A stretch of 64,000 bases of DNA from Antedon mediterranea (lineage: Eukaryota; Animalia; Echinodermata), in the NCBI RefSeq assembly GCF_964355755.1, contig NC_092676.1, positions 14,526,871 to 14,590,870 on the forward strand, in the 5' to 3' direction. This document shows, one piece after another, positions 27,860-41,189 of the stretch. The position numbers and the translations under genes are program-made. The notes beneath the pieces were generated by a model that was not told where the DNA came from, searched no databases, and saw only the letters and a list, made by a program, of their open reading frames with translations. Every line of letters begins with the position of its first letter. Position 1 is the stretch's first letter.

Positions 27860-29837
27860 CATCTCATTCACACTCGAACAGTTAATCCTAGAGCAAGTGA
27901 CTTTGGAGTCTGCCTTCTTCCTTTCCAAGGTACAGGATTTCCTGGCATATCGATAAAATTTTCGTTCGAGTTTCTTCAGTAACATCTGAAAATGAGGTTT
28001 GTATAGTATCTTCTGCAGCACCAACACACTTTGCGATTAGATTAAACAACTCATATGGCACAATTTCAGATATGTCAACATCATTAATGTCTGCTGCTCT
28101 TGGAGGCCATTCACTCTGCATACCTTTGTTTGATTTGATGGCATTATTTACTATCGTACCTGCAAGTATATTTTATAGCATTCGATGAATGAAACATAGT
28201 AATAATAAATTTATATAAAGCATATACTGTATTGTGTACAGCATTTATGATCGACACCACTTACTATCATAACAGTTTTGTTTTTTGAGTGCATACAGCT
28301 TTCACCTCTTTGATCCACAGCATTTCCTTAATTATGCAATAACATTTATTGTTGTTATTTAAAAATAAACCAATATATACAAGTTATTGTATTTTAACCG
28401 TACCTGCAAAATATAGAGTCCTTAGTTTGTCTCTATTGTCACCATCAGTGGAGATTTTGTGTGTTGTAGAAGTAGTTGGAATATCTATGTCATACTCTGA
28501 TGATTCATCTGTCTCCGTTGTACTTTTTCCTGATGACAAAAATGGATCAGCCACAAATCCAGGGGATACATTGCTAAAGTACACCAGAACTGATTCATTT
28601 CTAATTAAGAAAAAATAAACAAAATATTTAGTTTGACCAATCCACAAAAAGATTTTTTTTTAAATTATCCCTGGTGAAATAATCATTTAATATAAACACA
28701 CTAAGCAACTAACCTTCTTGTGGGTGAATGAAAAATTAGGTTAGGATAATCCATCCTGAGCTTCTTCTTCAACACGTCTGATCTATAAATAACAGATTAA
28801 TTGATTATAATTAATTGTTACACAGATACAATGAAGAAATTATTACAGTAACTGGATCTCAAAAATATTACAATTATTTCATCGTTTTTAAGAAGAGATC
28901 GACAGCCTACCTTATAGTTGACAAGTAAACATTTTCTGTTTTTTCAATTGATTTCATGAAAAGCTTTTGGAGTTTTGCGAGTCTTGGTATCTCCTGTCCA
29001 TACTGTAACCGTTTATCAATTACATCTCTGCAAAATACCTTATAGCTTTGCTTATATGTTAAAAAAACACTTTCCAATTCCCTGTAAATAATAATAAATA
29101 TTATTAAAATATATTTTAATATTTTATAGATTTTGGTGTTTAAAAATTCAACATTTAGACTGAAGCAAATAAAAAAAAAAATTCAAAATGTAAATTCAAA
29201 AAACCAACAAGAGTTTTAGAAAGTTACGTTTTACTCACTTTCCAGAATATAGAGCCTATATTGGTATTTAACTAAAATTAATTGTGTAGCCTACTGAATA
29301 ATATATACTGTATAATATAATATGGCCTAGGGCCTAGGCCTACGTAGTAGTACTGGTACTACAGTAGTAGAAAGCCCAATCAACAACCAAGCACAGAAAC
29401 TCTAAGAGCACAATATAGATCTAGGCCTATCTATAGATATATAGATCAGTAGCACCCTATATACTGTATCATTTAACTATATTATTAACTCTTAGAGTAT
29501 TCTGATAATAATCGAAACCAAATATTACCTTTTTTAGTCGAGATGTATCAGTATATCGCCTGTAACAGGTAGCATGAAAACCTAAGCCTGGATGCTCGCG
29601 TACGACATCGTCAAACGATTTACCTTCATCAGACATACCAAGAAGCTCCGTCAAATGTATGGCGATTTCCTTGCCGTCTCCATCTAATTTTATCCAACTC
29701 TTTGGACAGAGCAACACTTTATTCCATCGAATCTCAGTAATTGGACTGATAATTTCATTTGAATGCTTGTAAATTTGGAAAAAACATTTCAACTTTACTT
29801 TGTCTAAGCGAGAAGATCCTTCCTCGTCGGACGCCAT
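27860..29837 (-). pseudogene. Spliced N-terminal part of an Academ transposase, truncated
   Basis: ATG 29837, exon to 29529 (FHATCYRRYT) with GT donor; further exon-like blocks about 29083-28910, 28782-28712, 28601-28400 and 28160-27860 (WPP..VPYELFNLI..KILSICQEILY); catalytic half absent. Confidence 0.65.
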
Positions 29838-30840
29838 TTCGTGTTTACATCGTGTGATTTTGACGTCTGCTGCCTAAACGTCGCGTATGATTGGTTTAAC
29901 TGATGTCATGTGATACAAAATGGCAACTGCGAAAATATATTCTTTTATACTTTTAAAATCAAGATTTCTTTAAAATGTCAGGAAAATTTTCGTGGAACTT
30001 TTTAATACGTGATTAATTTATTTTTATGTATATGAATCAAGAGAGTTCACTTATTATGCTTAATGAGGAACAAGAAAAAATGTTTTCATCTTCACCGTAA
30101 GGCCTAACACCCATTTGAATTCGTTTTATTTGTGTGTGTGTGTTTTTTTATTTTAGTTAATTTACATTTTTTTTTCATGTTTTTTTATATTTTGCAATTT
30201 TTTTTGTGAGGTTTCGTATCTTTTTTTGCTATTTTGTGATTACATTGTGGTCTAGTTTTGATTTTTAGCTTTAACCGGTGATACTTAATAATTACACATG
30301 TCGCGGATTGAACTTGAACGTACTAAGAATAGATATCAATTGCCACGGCGTTTTACTCACTGACTGAAACTGTGATTTACGGTCATTCTGTTCAAAGAAT
30401 AGGTAATTAATTAAAACTTCAACCATGCGATCATTCGATACGGTTGACTAAAGACTGTTGTTATAGCGGCCCGGTATGATATTTGTAGATCGATCGATAG
30501 ATTGAAATCGTACACTGTATGTAGGCCTATGCCTCGCACTTTTGGAAATGATAAAATGATGCCTCGCACAAATATTTGGCGTACCTCACTGTCCCGCACT
30601 TTGTCAACACTCAACAAATTACGCCCTCGAGTCTGTAGACTGTTTGGTGAATTCATGGAAAAAATTATTGCATATAAAATTACATTTTTTTAGTAATTTA
30701 TTTTATATATTATATCAACATTGGCAATATCAATAAAATATGTTATTAAATGGTAGTTCAAATTTTAATTAATACCCAAAATATATATATATATATATTT
30801 CCTTAATACTGTATAAACAACATTATTGATTTGGATGGAG

Positions 30841-30874
30841 GTGAGACCATGGAGGTATACCTCCATGGTGAGAC
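30841..30874. other. Perfect 20-bp palindrome with 7-bp TSD (putative P/Galileo excision footprint)
   Basis: GTGAGAC|CATGGAGGTATACCTCCATG|GTGAGAC. Confidence 0.75.
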
Positions 30875-33800
30875 GTTTTGGCCTGGGTCCTACTAAACAC
30901 CAAACGAGACTCAGAATGTTGCAAATACCGCCGCAAATACCTACCAAACGAGAGTAGATAATTGTTAATTAATTATAAAAACCCATTTTATAGCAAAAAT
31001 CATCGGAATTTATGTTAAAAACGATGAATTTAGCAACAAAAACTAAAAACCAAACGAGAGTATCTATGGCACGCCCATAGTGCCTTTAATAAGAGAACAA
31101 TGAGTATTGAACAACAGCAGATCGTTATCATTTCTGTTGCTATCATAGGTTATACTACAGTACTGTATATATATATAAATTTAGGGAACACAATTAATTA
31201 GGCCTACCTGCCATTCCTAGGACAAGGTTCTACCGTACGTAATTAGGCCACACCAAAGATTAGGCTACTACACTGTCTTTGATTACACCACCCTTAAAAA
31301 AACACAAGCTTGATTTGCTGAGAACCTATTACCTTAATACAGCATTGGAAGACCATGCACACAATCACACATCAAAGAATATCACCAAATCACATACAAA
31401 ACTTAAGAATGTCAAAGTTCAAGGTCTGTTCAGAAGTACAGTAGTAGGAGGCGACGGTTCGGGACTTTGCCTACCACCACCGCCGTAGACAGGTCGATGA
31501 GCACGGAGTGACTTTATTTTTCATTCTCACTATAAGATGAATTATTTCTTCATCTTTATCGTTTCAAATTAATTAATATTCAGTAGGCCTATATCACCGG
31601 GCGCGGTTTAAAATGTGTTCTGTGCCTGACTTTATAAAATGTGGCTCAGTCTCAGTGTTTACATTTTTTGTGAGCATTCATATATGCACAGGCACGACAG
31701 AGGGAACATTTGAACGAAGCCATTTATCGTTTAGCAAAAAATAAATGTAATAAAGATAGAATGAAATATCGCTTTTGATACGACCCTTTTTTCAATGATG
31801 ATCATTTTTCAAAGAAAAAATTCCATCTTCGATGCTCTTGGGATCTATTTATCCCCCTATTAAGTAATTGAACTGTGCCAGCCTTAACCCCTAACCTACC
31901 TTATTCTATAATACTAAATATTTATATTGTCGTTTTTAGTAGCTTTTTAAATATTTGGACCGGTTACCAGTAAAACAATACGATAGTTTATGGTAACAAG
32001 GTAAAAATCTAAACAAATATGATTGTATTTTATTGAAGTTTTCTTGAATATTTATGTTTATTCAAAACCAACACTTTATAGATGGAGCATTGTGGGATTT
32101 TTTAGTACAGAGCTTATTCGAAAATCGGTTCATTAGTGTGGCGCTGCAAGCAATGGTTTAATCTAAAATATAGTAGGGTAGGTTGATTCTACCGAAACAG
32201 ATCAGATAACAGATGCTACATTACTATAGAATAAATTTCAATTACAACACTTCTTTGCATTTGTTAATTGTATTTATGAAAGGAATTAGTGTAGGTCCTA
32301 TTCGATAAATTAACCTCTTATTGGTACTTATGAATTAATGTTTGCCATTGAATTACCCTAAAATGCATTGGTATAATCTAATTTCATTGAATGAGGGTTA
32401 GTAAAACATGCGAAAAGAGATGGCTATCATCCAAGGACGACAATATTAAGAATTTGTTCAAAACAACGAAAATGACGGTAAGTTTCTTCCGGAAAATATC
32501 ATTCTATATACAACGAGTACTTCACCTATTTTCCCGTAAAAGTTGAAATATACATGTAATATCGGTCTTGCGATATCCTCCTTATTATGTGAAACATATA
32601 ATAGAGCTTTCCGTGTATTAGACGTAGAAGCAAAATACTGGGTTTTGACTCTTTGAGGAGCCAGCAGTGGTCTTCTTATCAATTGTAAACAAACATACTT
32701 ATTTTAAAGTACATTACCTCCATTCTCCAATGTTTGGTTTGGTAGGAAGATGGTTTATAATGTTGCAAATTTATGTCATGAAAAATATGTAAACAGTTAT
32801 GTACCAAATTTGCTCATATATAGTAATAGTATAGTTTTTATTTATACGGTCTAGACTCTATTAATGACAAAAATAATATTTATCTTCCATCCATTTGGCT
32901 TTATTTTCAAATGCCAACTGTTGTATTGTATGTCTTTAATCCTGAAAGAGAAGAAATATTTGTTACCACAACTTGTATTAATTGATACTAGACTGACTAC
33001 ACGTCAAATATTCTGTGGTAGAACTTGTTTTTTAGTCACGAGAACGATGTAAACAAGTTACACCCTCTGTTGGCCGCTTGGCGAATGCACGAAATAAACG
33101 AAAGTTTTCGATGTAATTGAAATTATGTTTTCTAGTAATTTATTTTATATATTACATCAATATCAATGCCAATATCAATATACGGATTGTTAAACACATT
33201 TAAAAACTTGATTTACCAAAAAAAAATAATTACAACATGAACGATTTGATAGAAGTTCGACCGGCCATACTTGACCTATCTGAATGGTATAGATAATATA
33301 GCTCGAGTGAGAGAGTTGGATTAATTGTAAACAATTAACAGTAGACAATCGGGACCACACGTGCGGACGACGATCGGACCTTGTAAATATGTACAGCCGA
33401 TTTTGTAGAACATTTTAGGTTTAGATTATTTAGGAGTTGAGTTGATAGGATTAGGTTCAGTTTTGTTATTTATGAGCCAATTGTAGGATGACAATGGAGA
33501 ATTGTAAATTAGACCATGGTTTGAAAAACACAAAAAACCTTTGTAATGCTTCGGCTGGCCTAACTACAGTAGCGTGGCCGATACACAACGCGCCAAGCCA
33601 TCGCTCTACAGTATGCGCTACTGTGATGCGCGGGGTATGTTGATGTTTGTAACCAGATTAGTTACTTTCAAATAGTAATATATTTACGGTCCAGACCGAA
33701 TATAGTGTCCATATTGATAAGTATAAACCAACCAAACATGTACCAGAGATCTCCGTGTTTGGTAGTCAAGTGTTGTGTTTCCAAATACGAAGATCTCTGT

Positions 33801-33984
33801 GTTTGGCAGTTAAAGTGTTAAGTCTACTTCATTTGTAGCGTGACCAGAAAGCGCTAGGGCCCCTAAACATTCCATTGCGTGGTTAATTTCCGCATCTCCC
33901 GTAAAACTAAACCTACTCTGTTTCACAGTGTCTTAGATGATTAATAACATTTTAAAGTATACTGTTTAAAAAAATAAATTCTTT

Positions 33985-36350
33985 TTAGGACTGGAAAAAA
34001 TAATACAGAAAGAAAACAATCAAGAAAGAACAATTTAAATTTTATAAAAAAACTGTAAAAAAATTAAAATATTTATAAAGATGGTATTTATAGAAGTAAA
34101 ACAAAAATAAATAAATTGTCAATAGAAAAAAGTATTATAAGTGTGAATGTTACCTCTCTATTGTTAAAAAACAATGTACAAAATGAAGCTCAACAAAAGT
34201 CCTGGGTCTGATGGCCTAAGAGTTTTATTGTCATTTTTGGGAGCATAAGAATACTATATGCAATGCCCTAAACTACTGTTATACAGGTACAGTACAAATA
34301 ACAGATTGTGCAATACACAAAGGCGCGGAAAAATCAATCTATTATTTAAAAGTGGCGAAAGAGAACAACTTAATAATTGCAGATCAATTGCCCTTTTAAA
34401 TGTAGATTATAAAATAATGGCCCATGTTCTTGCAAATAGGTTACAAACAGTTGGATCAATTATTGACTTTGACCAAAAAGGTTACGTCACTGGGAGATTC
34501 GGCGGTGAAAATGTACATCTGGTAAATGATATTCTTTTTTATTCGAATGAATATTATAAACCTGGAGCCAATCGTCTTCTTAGACTTTTCAAAAGCATTT
34601 TATTCAATTGACAGAAATCTAATCATTAAGGTGTTAGCAAAATTTCATTTTGGTGATTCTTTTTTAAAATGGATAAACACACTATATACAGAATGTGTAG
34701 TTAATATTGATGGATGGCTTTCCCAACACACAAAATGGAGTGTGGTGTATTAGGCAGGGCTGTCCGTTGTCTGCCTTATTGTTCATATTGGTTGTAGAAA
34801 TTATGGCCATAAAAGAGAAAATCCTTTGTGCAAAGATTTTACTCAAATTTCAAAAAATGAAAACCAAAAAAATTTTGTAAAGTTGGCACAATTGGCTGAC
34901 GACACGGTCATTTTTTTTACTGTTTCTTTGATGAAATTGAAGCCTTTTGTAATATTTCTGGTTTAAAGTTAAACAAAAGTAAAATCAAAGGCATGTTGAT
35001 ATGCTCGAATTGGAATAAAAATTGCAAACCTTTGAATATCACCTGGACAATAGAACCTGTTAAATTTCTTTGAATATATGTAGGATACTGTATGATGAAA
35101 AACGGTGTGAAAAAAAGAACTGGTATGAAAAGATTACACATTTAGAAAACACCGGCGTACATCTCTGGGAAAGAAGATTTTATTTTTCTTTGGAAAAATA
35201 ATTGTAATAAAAACATGATCAATATCTAAACTGATATATAATGCAAGTATTATAGATGTACCGAAACATCTAATTCCTAAAATAGACAAAATAATTGTAC
35301 AGATTCTTATTATGGCATCGGAAAAGTGAAAAGATAAAGAGAGCTCTACCCTCATACAAAGAGTAGAAGAGGGAGGACTGAATATGATTGATTTTCAATC
35401 AACTGTAAACGCTTTAAAATTAACTTGGGTTAAAAGTCCAGACACTGGAGGAATTTTCCTCAATATTTTTAGCATACGGCGCACCGTCGTACATTACCAT
35501 TTTGTAGGCCTAGGCCGGCGCTACTGCACTTTCGCACGTCTTGAGCATACCTAATTTAAAAACATTCCCCCGCTTCGCGGCGGTGACGGTGAGTCACCGT
35601 GAAGTCTTAGGACACTGCCTGGTGGGTACGGAAGCCATCAGAAAAACATGACCAGCCAAGCATAAAAAAACAAAATAACATAGCGGTCAGGGGATTTCAG
35701 AAAACTGTTTATGTCAAATGTTTCTTATTGAAATGATACTTTATGAATGCTGTATGATTAAAAACAATGTGAAGAATTGTTTTGATCATTATTATAAAAT
35801 AGAAGGAAAATTATTTTTTAAAATCATACTGTGATTTAGGCATGGCTCTCTCTCTAAATGCCTTCAAAAACGTTCAGGGAACAGTGTATAGACTTATTGA
35901 CATAGATAAATTGATTGAAACGTTCTTACCATTATTTCAACAATTTTGGCTAGAAACCGATTCATTTGGCTTAAATAAAAAAAATTGGACTTTACCCATT
36001 TTGGCTATAGATAAACTGATTTGACTAAAAAAATTTTTAATGACTTTTGCCAAATGGCTAAACAAAATGAAATGTTAGTGCTACCCCAGGCAAGGAGTGA
36101 TTGATGTGTTAATTGTGTTATTAGATATTGTTGTCCAACCGGTATGGATACGATTCAACAAATATTTTCCTGAAATCCAAAACATTATTATTGGAACGGC
36201 AAATAAAGTTGTAAATGAACTATTGTCGTTATTTACTTTCTGTATTTATAAAATGTGTTTACAAAATAAAATTGATAAACAAACATGATGTACAATTAAT
36301 TTGGAAGTTATTCTCTCTTGAAGTTAAATATCTTGAAAATTAATAACGAA
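33985..36350 (+). mobile_element. Decayed L1/Tx1-clade non-LTR retrotransposon ORF2
   Basis: NKSPGSDGL; RSIALLNVDYKIMAHVLANRL; DQKGYVTGR; LDFSKAF; RQGCPLSALLF; QLADDT; ISGLKLN; EEGGLNMIDF, with many frameshifts. Confidence 0.85.
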
Positions 36351-36598
36351 TATTCATGTAATTTAACTAAAGCCGAGATCAAAGAAGTATGTAGTCTGTA
36401 GTCGAGAGCGAAATATATGTGGTCCATTAACAGTGTTCTCCCCATGATTCTCATAAAGCGTCACACTTCCGCCACCCGGGGTGGGGGAGGGGGAAATGGC
36501 GACACTAAGTACTTGAGAGGAAGCGATTTTTGGTAATTTACACCCTAGATGGCCGGAAATGGTACTCTCGCACATAACATTTATGTTGAATGACACCT

Positions 36599-39427
36599 CT
36601 AGTTTGGCCGGAAATAACACTTATAGCGCGCTAGCAAACAGCAAAACGATCGTAGCCTACTTTTCCGCCGGTAAACATACGCGAAGAAATATTTTTTGCT
36701 TTCATTACGCACGTCAGGGGAAGTCCTCAATGAAAAAAAAATAGGCCTAAGCCTACTCATCAGTAGGACTAACTCTAGTTGGTCGGAAACGAAACTTTAT
36801 AGCGCACTAGCAAACAGTAAAACCATCGTAGCATACTTTTTCCGCCAGTAAACATACGCGATAAAAAAATGTTTTTGCGTTCAATACGAACGTCAAGGGG
36901 AATTCCCCGATGAAATAAAACTAGGCCTACTCATCAGTAGGACTAACTCTAGTTGGCCGGAAACGAAACTTTATAGCGCACTAGCAAACAGTAAAACCAT
37001 CGTAGCATACTTTTTCCGCCAGTAAACATACGCGATAAAAAAATGTTTTTGCGTTCAATACGAACGTCACAAGGGGAATTCCCCGATGAAATAAAACTAG
37101 GCCTACTCATCAGTAGGACAACTCTGTAGTTGGCCGGAAAGGACACTTCATAGCGCGCTAGCAAACATCACGATCGTAACCTACTTTTTCCGCCGGTAAA
37201 CAGACGCGATAAGAAACATTTTTTGCGTTCATTACGAACGTCAAGGGGAATTCTCTGATGAAATAAAAAATGCCTACTCATCAGTAGAACAACTCTGTAG
37301 TTGGCCGGAAAGGACACTTCATAGCGCGCTAGCAAACAACTCGATCGGAGCCTACTTTTCCGCAGGTAAACATGCGCAATAAATGAAAAAATATGCCTAC
37401 TCATCAGTAGGCAACTGTAGTTGGCCGGAAACGACACTTCATAGCGCGTTAGCAAACATTAAAACGATTGTACAGTACAGGACAGAATTATTGCAAAAAT
37501 CCCAACGCATTCAACACGTTGTCGTTGCGTTGTGTTTGCGTTGCGTTGAACGGCTTTCAACGTTTAGTTGTTTATTCAACGAAAGTCATTATCAGCATGT
37601 CAAGTAAACAATTAGTTATTTCAACGCTAGCTGCTGCAGCACTAGACTGGCCGATTACACGCCTGAACGATCAGTAACAACAACAGGCAAAATACCTATC
37701 GGCAGTCACTACCAGATATTTAACAGTTAACACTGTACTGTAGGCCTTCCGGGGGAAAACACGACCTCACGTCGTAAAATCAAACAACGTGGAAATTATT
37801 GACATCAACACACGAGGCCGCCACCCTGGTTTCCTCAAGAAAAACATCACGTGTGTTATGACGTATTTAACGATCGTTAATGACGACGAAGTAATTAATT
37901 TTATTTAGGCCTACATTTTTTAGCTGTTCGAGATTCAAGAGATAAAGTTAAAATATTGTTTCTCTATTTTGGTTTTTATTTTATAATTGTCCCATTGTTT
38001 GTTGTAATGTAATTTGAAAGAACTAAAAAATTTGACGTGTCCGACACCCATGAACCAATTTAAATCTTTATAAATCGAACAACATTACATTTTTAAGTAC
38101 AAAAAGCGTTTTGAATACGTTAACAATTGAGCGTGTTGAATGTGTTGAACCCGTTGACCGTTCATTGACGACGTTAAACAATTGAATCCCATAGCGTTGA
38201 ACGCGTTGAAAACGTTGCGCGTTTTGAAAAGCATCACACTGTAAACTGATTAAAATGTTGGCTGTTCGCTTGCATATTCTCGCAACTCCCATCCCATTCA
38301 TACAGTTTCAGGAGGAGGCCAATATAATTATATTAAGAAACAAAACAATAGTATGTTAAAGAGAAAACGCCTAAACCTCGCCTGTAATAATATATTGTCT
38401 TGCATCAGAATAAAGTGGTTCTTTATTCTGAATTGTTTGGTTATTCAAATATTTGTGGGTTACACCTTGGCGTGAATAATATGGTATGGCACAGGTTTTG
38501 ATTTTAAAGAAAACGCCTAACATTGCCTATTGTCATCAAATTGGTCATTCCTATTTCTTGGTTATTATATTTAACGCTTTTCTCTGCATGGGTTACGTTA
38601 GGCATCACAATAATTAATTTATAATATAATACATGATAATGATATATTTATGGATAACAATAAAACTAAACGATTTTTTCCCTTTTAATTACGCGTTATT
38701 TCATAATGAATGAACTCTTCACCTTTCGATCAGTTCGTCCCTCACGTCACGAAAAGCATGCGTGAAAAAGACGACGACCATGCTGGATCGTTATGTTGGT
38801 GGTGTATTGTTGCCTTCCATGGCGGCGGGTGTAGGCTACGTTGTTTTTATAAATAATCGAGAAAAATGTAGTACAGTACTGCGAAGTTTTTAGTTTGGAA
38901 ATAATTAATTACGATGTGACCTAGCCTCCAAGATTCACCGCCGCCTTAACTTTGGTATTTAATACTCCAGTTAATATAGGCACACAGTAATTGAGGACAT
39001 GACCACTACTTTTAACTGCGATGGCAGACGCGGCTCATATACACACGGGGCCTACTCGTTAGTAGTAGGCCTAGCCTAGTGTAATATATTAAGCTAGGTT
39101 TCCGCGGAAAAATACACATTATGTTTGTTTTCTTAAATATTTGTAATACTGTATTTTATACTATTACTACTACTACTAATACACACTGGCAATCTGTAAA
39201 TACCATACGAATCCGATTGTTCGTTATTTCAACGCAAACTCAACGCAACACATTGTGTTGGTTGAATAAACAGTTCAACGAACTCAACACTTTCAACGCC
39301 AACGGACAACGCAGTTTCAACGCGTTGTCAACACTTTAACAATGCGTTGAATGCGTTCAAAATCTGCAATAATTCTGTCCGGTACTGTAGCATACTTTTT
39401 CCGCCAGTAAACATACACGATAAAAAA
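36599..39427. repeat. About 173-bp tandem repeat, 6 units, last unit split by a transposon
   Basis: TAGTTGGCCGGAAA..TAGCAAACA..CCTACTCATCAGTAG recurs from 36599 to 37472; the unit resumes at 39388 (TAGCATACTTTTTCCGCCAGTAAAC). Confidence 0.9.
37473..39387. mobile_element. 1.9-kb non-autonomous Tc1/mariner-superfamily element
   Basis: ta|CAGTACAGGACAGAATTATTGCA ... TGCAATAATTCTGTCCGGTACTG|ta; neighbouring repeat units show the empty site with a single TA; many CAACG/CGTTG motifs. Confidence 0.88.
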
Positions 39428-41189
39428 ATTGATTGGTTGTGGTTGATATTTTTAATCGTCACGGATAAGGTTTTAAGCGGTACCTTGACGCTTTAAAGGG
39501 CTGGGGAGAACACTGATTACATAATTATACTGTACTGTAGTACGTCTTCAAGCTTGAGCGGGAGTCAAACGATACTTTCTATTCGTAAAAAACTTTTCTT
39601 TTTGCCGTTTTCATACAGTACACAGTACGTCTTGCAGCTTGAGAGGAAGTCGAGCGTTATTTTTGTAAACAAAAATGAACAGTAAGATCCTATCAGCATC
39701 CCTTTTTTATTAGACCTAGTCTAGTTTTACTTTATTTATTAGAAGTGTAGCTAATTCGCCTCAAAGTCATTGTTGAAAATTTATATTTATATTTTTGTTA
39801 TTCGGTGGTTTTTATTGTGGTAAAAATTCTAGGGCACTATGGCAATTAGTAGTGGCCATGGTTGTTGTTAAATTTCAAAGGCATTGAGGCCAATTGAAAG
39901 GGCACCGAAGGCACTGGTAAAATTTGAGGCCTGTGTGGATTTGTTTCTTTAGCCGGCCTTACTTAAAAACGTGAAGTTGTGGTATGTCAACAACATCGCG
40001 TTTCATTTCACGTGACTCAGAAATCTAGGTTGTATTAATTCTCTATCGGTAGTCCTTTTGAGCAATCAACTGAACGTTCTGTTACTATATTTAAAATTCA
40101 TCAGTGGAAAATTAAATGAAGTTGAATATATCGGCGGAAACAGAATAATTTAGAGTGGGCTGATTGGTACGTTTAAACGCTGGGCGCAGAACCTTGAAAT
40201 TAGCTTTAGAGTAGGCGGAAGCCTTTTAGGCACAATTACATCATTCACTGAGATCTATGACCGCGCTGAAATATATAATTACCTGTTTCACCATATATTT
40301 TTTGTACATTAAATAAAATAAGGTTTTTTTTCAAAATGTTACTATGGAACCAACATCGAAGCGGTTAAAGCAATCTAATTTATCACCTGGGGTTTTTTTT
40401 GGAAAGCACTGACAGCCTATACAACAGCTCCAGGTAAATATAATTATATGAGCTTATTTTATGATGGTGATAGGCCTACTGCATACTAGGTCTACTAGTT
40501 AGGCCTAGGCTAAGCCTAGCCTATTTTTTTAAATTTATGAAAAGGTGTTTAGTTGGACGGAAGAAGTGGTAATTTACATATTAATAATGATTGATAGATT
40601 ATTAATTTTTGTTAATATTAATATTAATTAGGCCTAACTAGTAATAATTTAGGAACTTAATTCACATTCTAATTCTCTGCCAGAGTGGCACTCTGAAATT
40701 AAAAATGTATCATCATTCAATAATGTATTAATAGTAAAATTCTTGCCCATTATTTTTTTCAGATGTAGAGATTAATAATGATGATTATTCTGCTACTGTA
40801 GTACTACTGCTAGCACCAACAATAACAATCTTGAATTTACAAACGATGCCTATACGTCGACATGTGAAGATACTCCATTGACCACCATTGTACATGAAGA
40901 AGCTACCTGCAATGATCGAGCCATAACCATTTTTGATAACACATGTCAAGGATACATCGGACGAGGAACGCTTTAGGGTTGTGACAAAGGTCAGACAGGT
41001 ACAACATAGAATTTATTCATTTAAACTATACAAAGATGTACGTATTTGGTGTTATTGGTAGATTTTATTTATACTGTATACCATGTTATGATTACCAAAG
41101 CGTAATATTTTGCTATAAAATAATCCCTAATCTACTACCTAGCTAATGTTTTTAGTAGTACGAGAATAAATATTTCTTTTACATAGCAA

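Larger units (their letters stand above)
26624..30106 (-). mobile_element. Academ-superfamily DNA transposon, internally deleted
   Basis: aca|TAGGCCTTACGGCGAAGCTGAAA ... TTTCATCTTCACCGTAAGGCCTA|aca: TAG..CTA termini, 23-bp TIR, 3-bp TSD. Confidence 0.8.
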
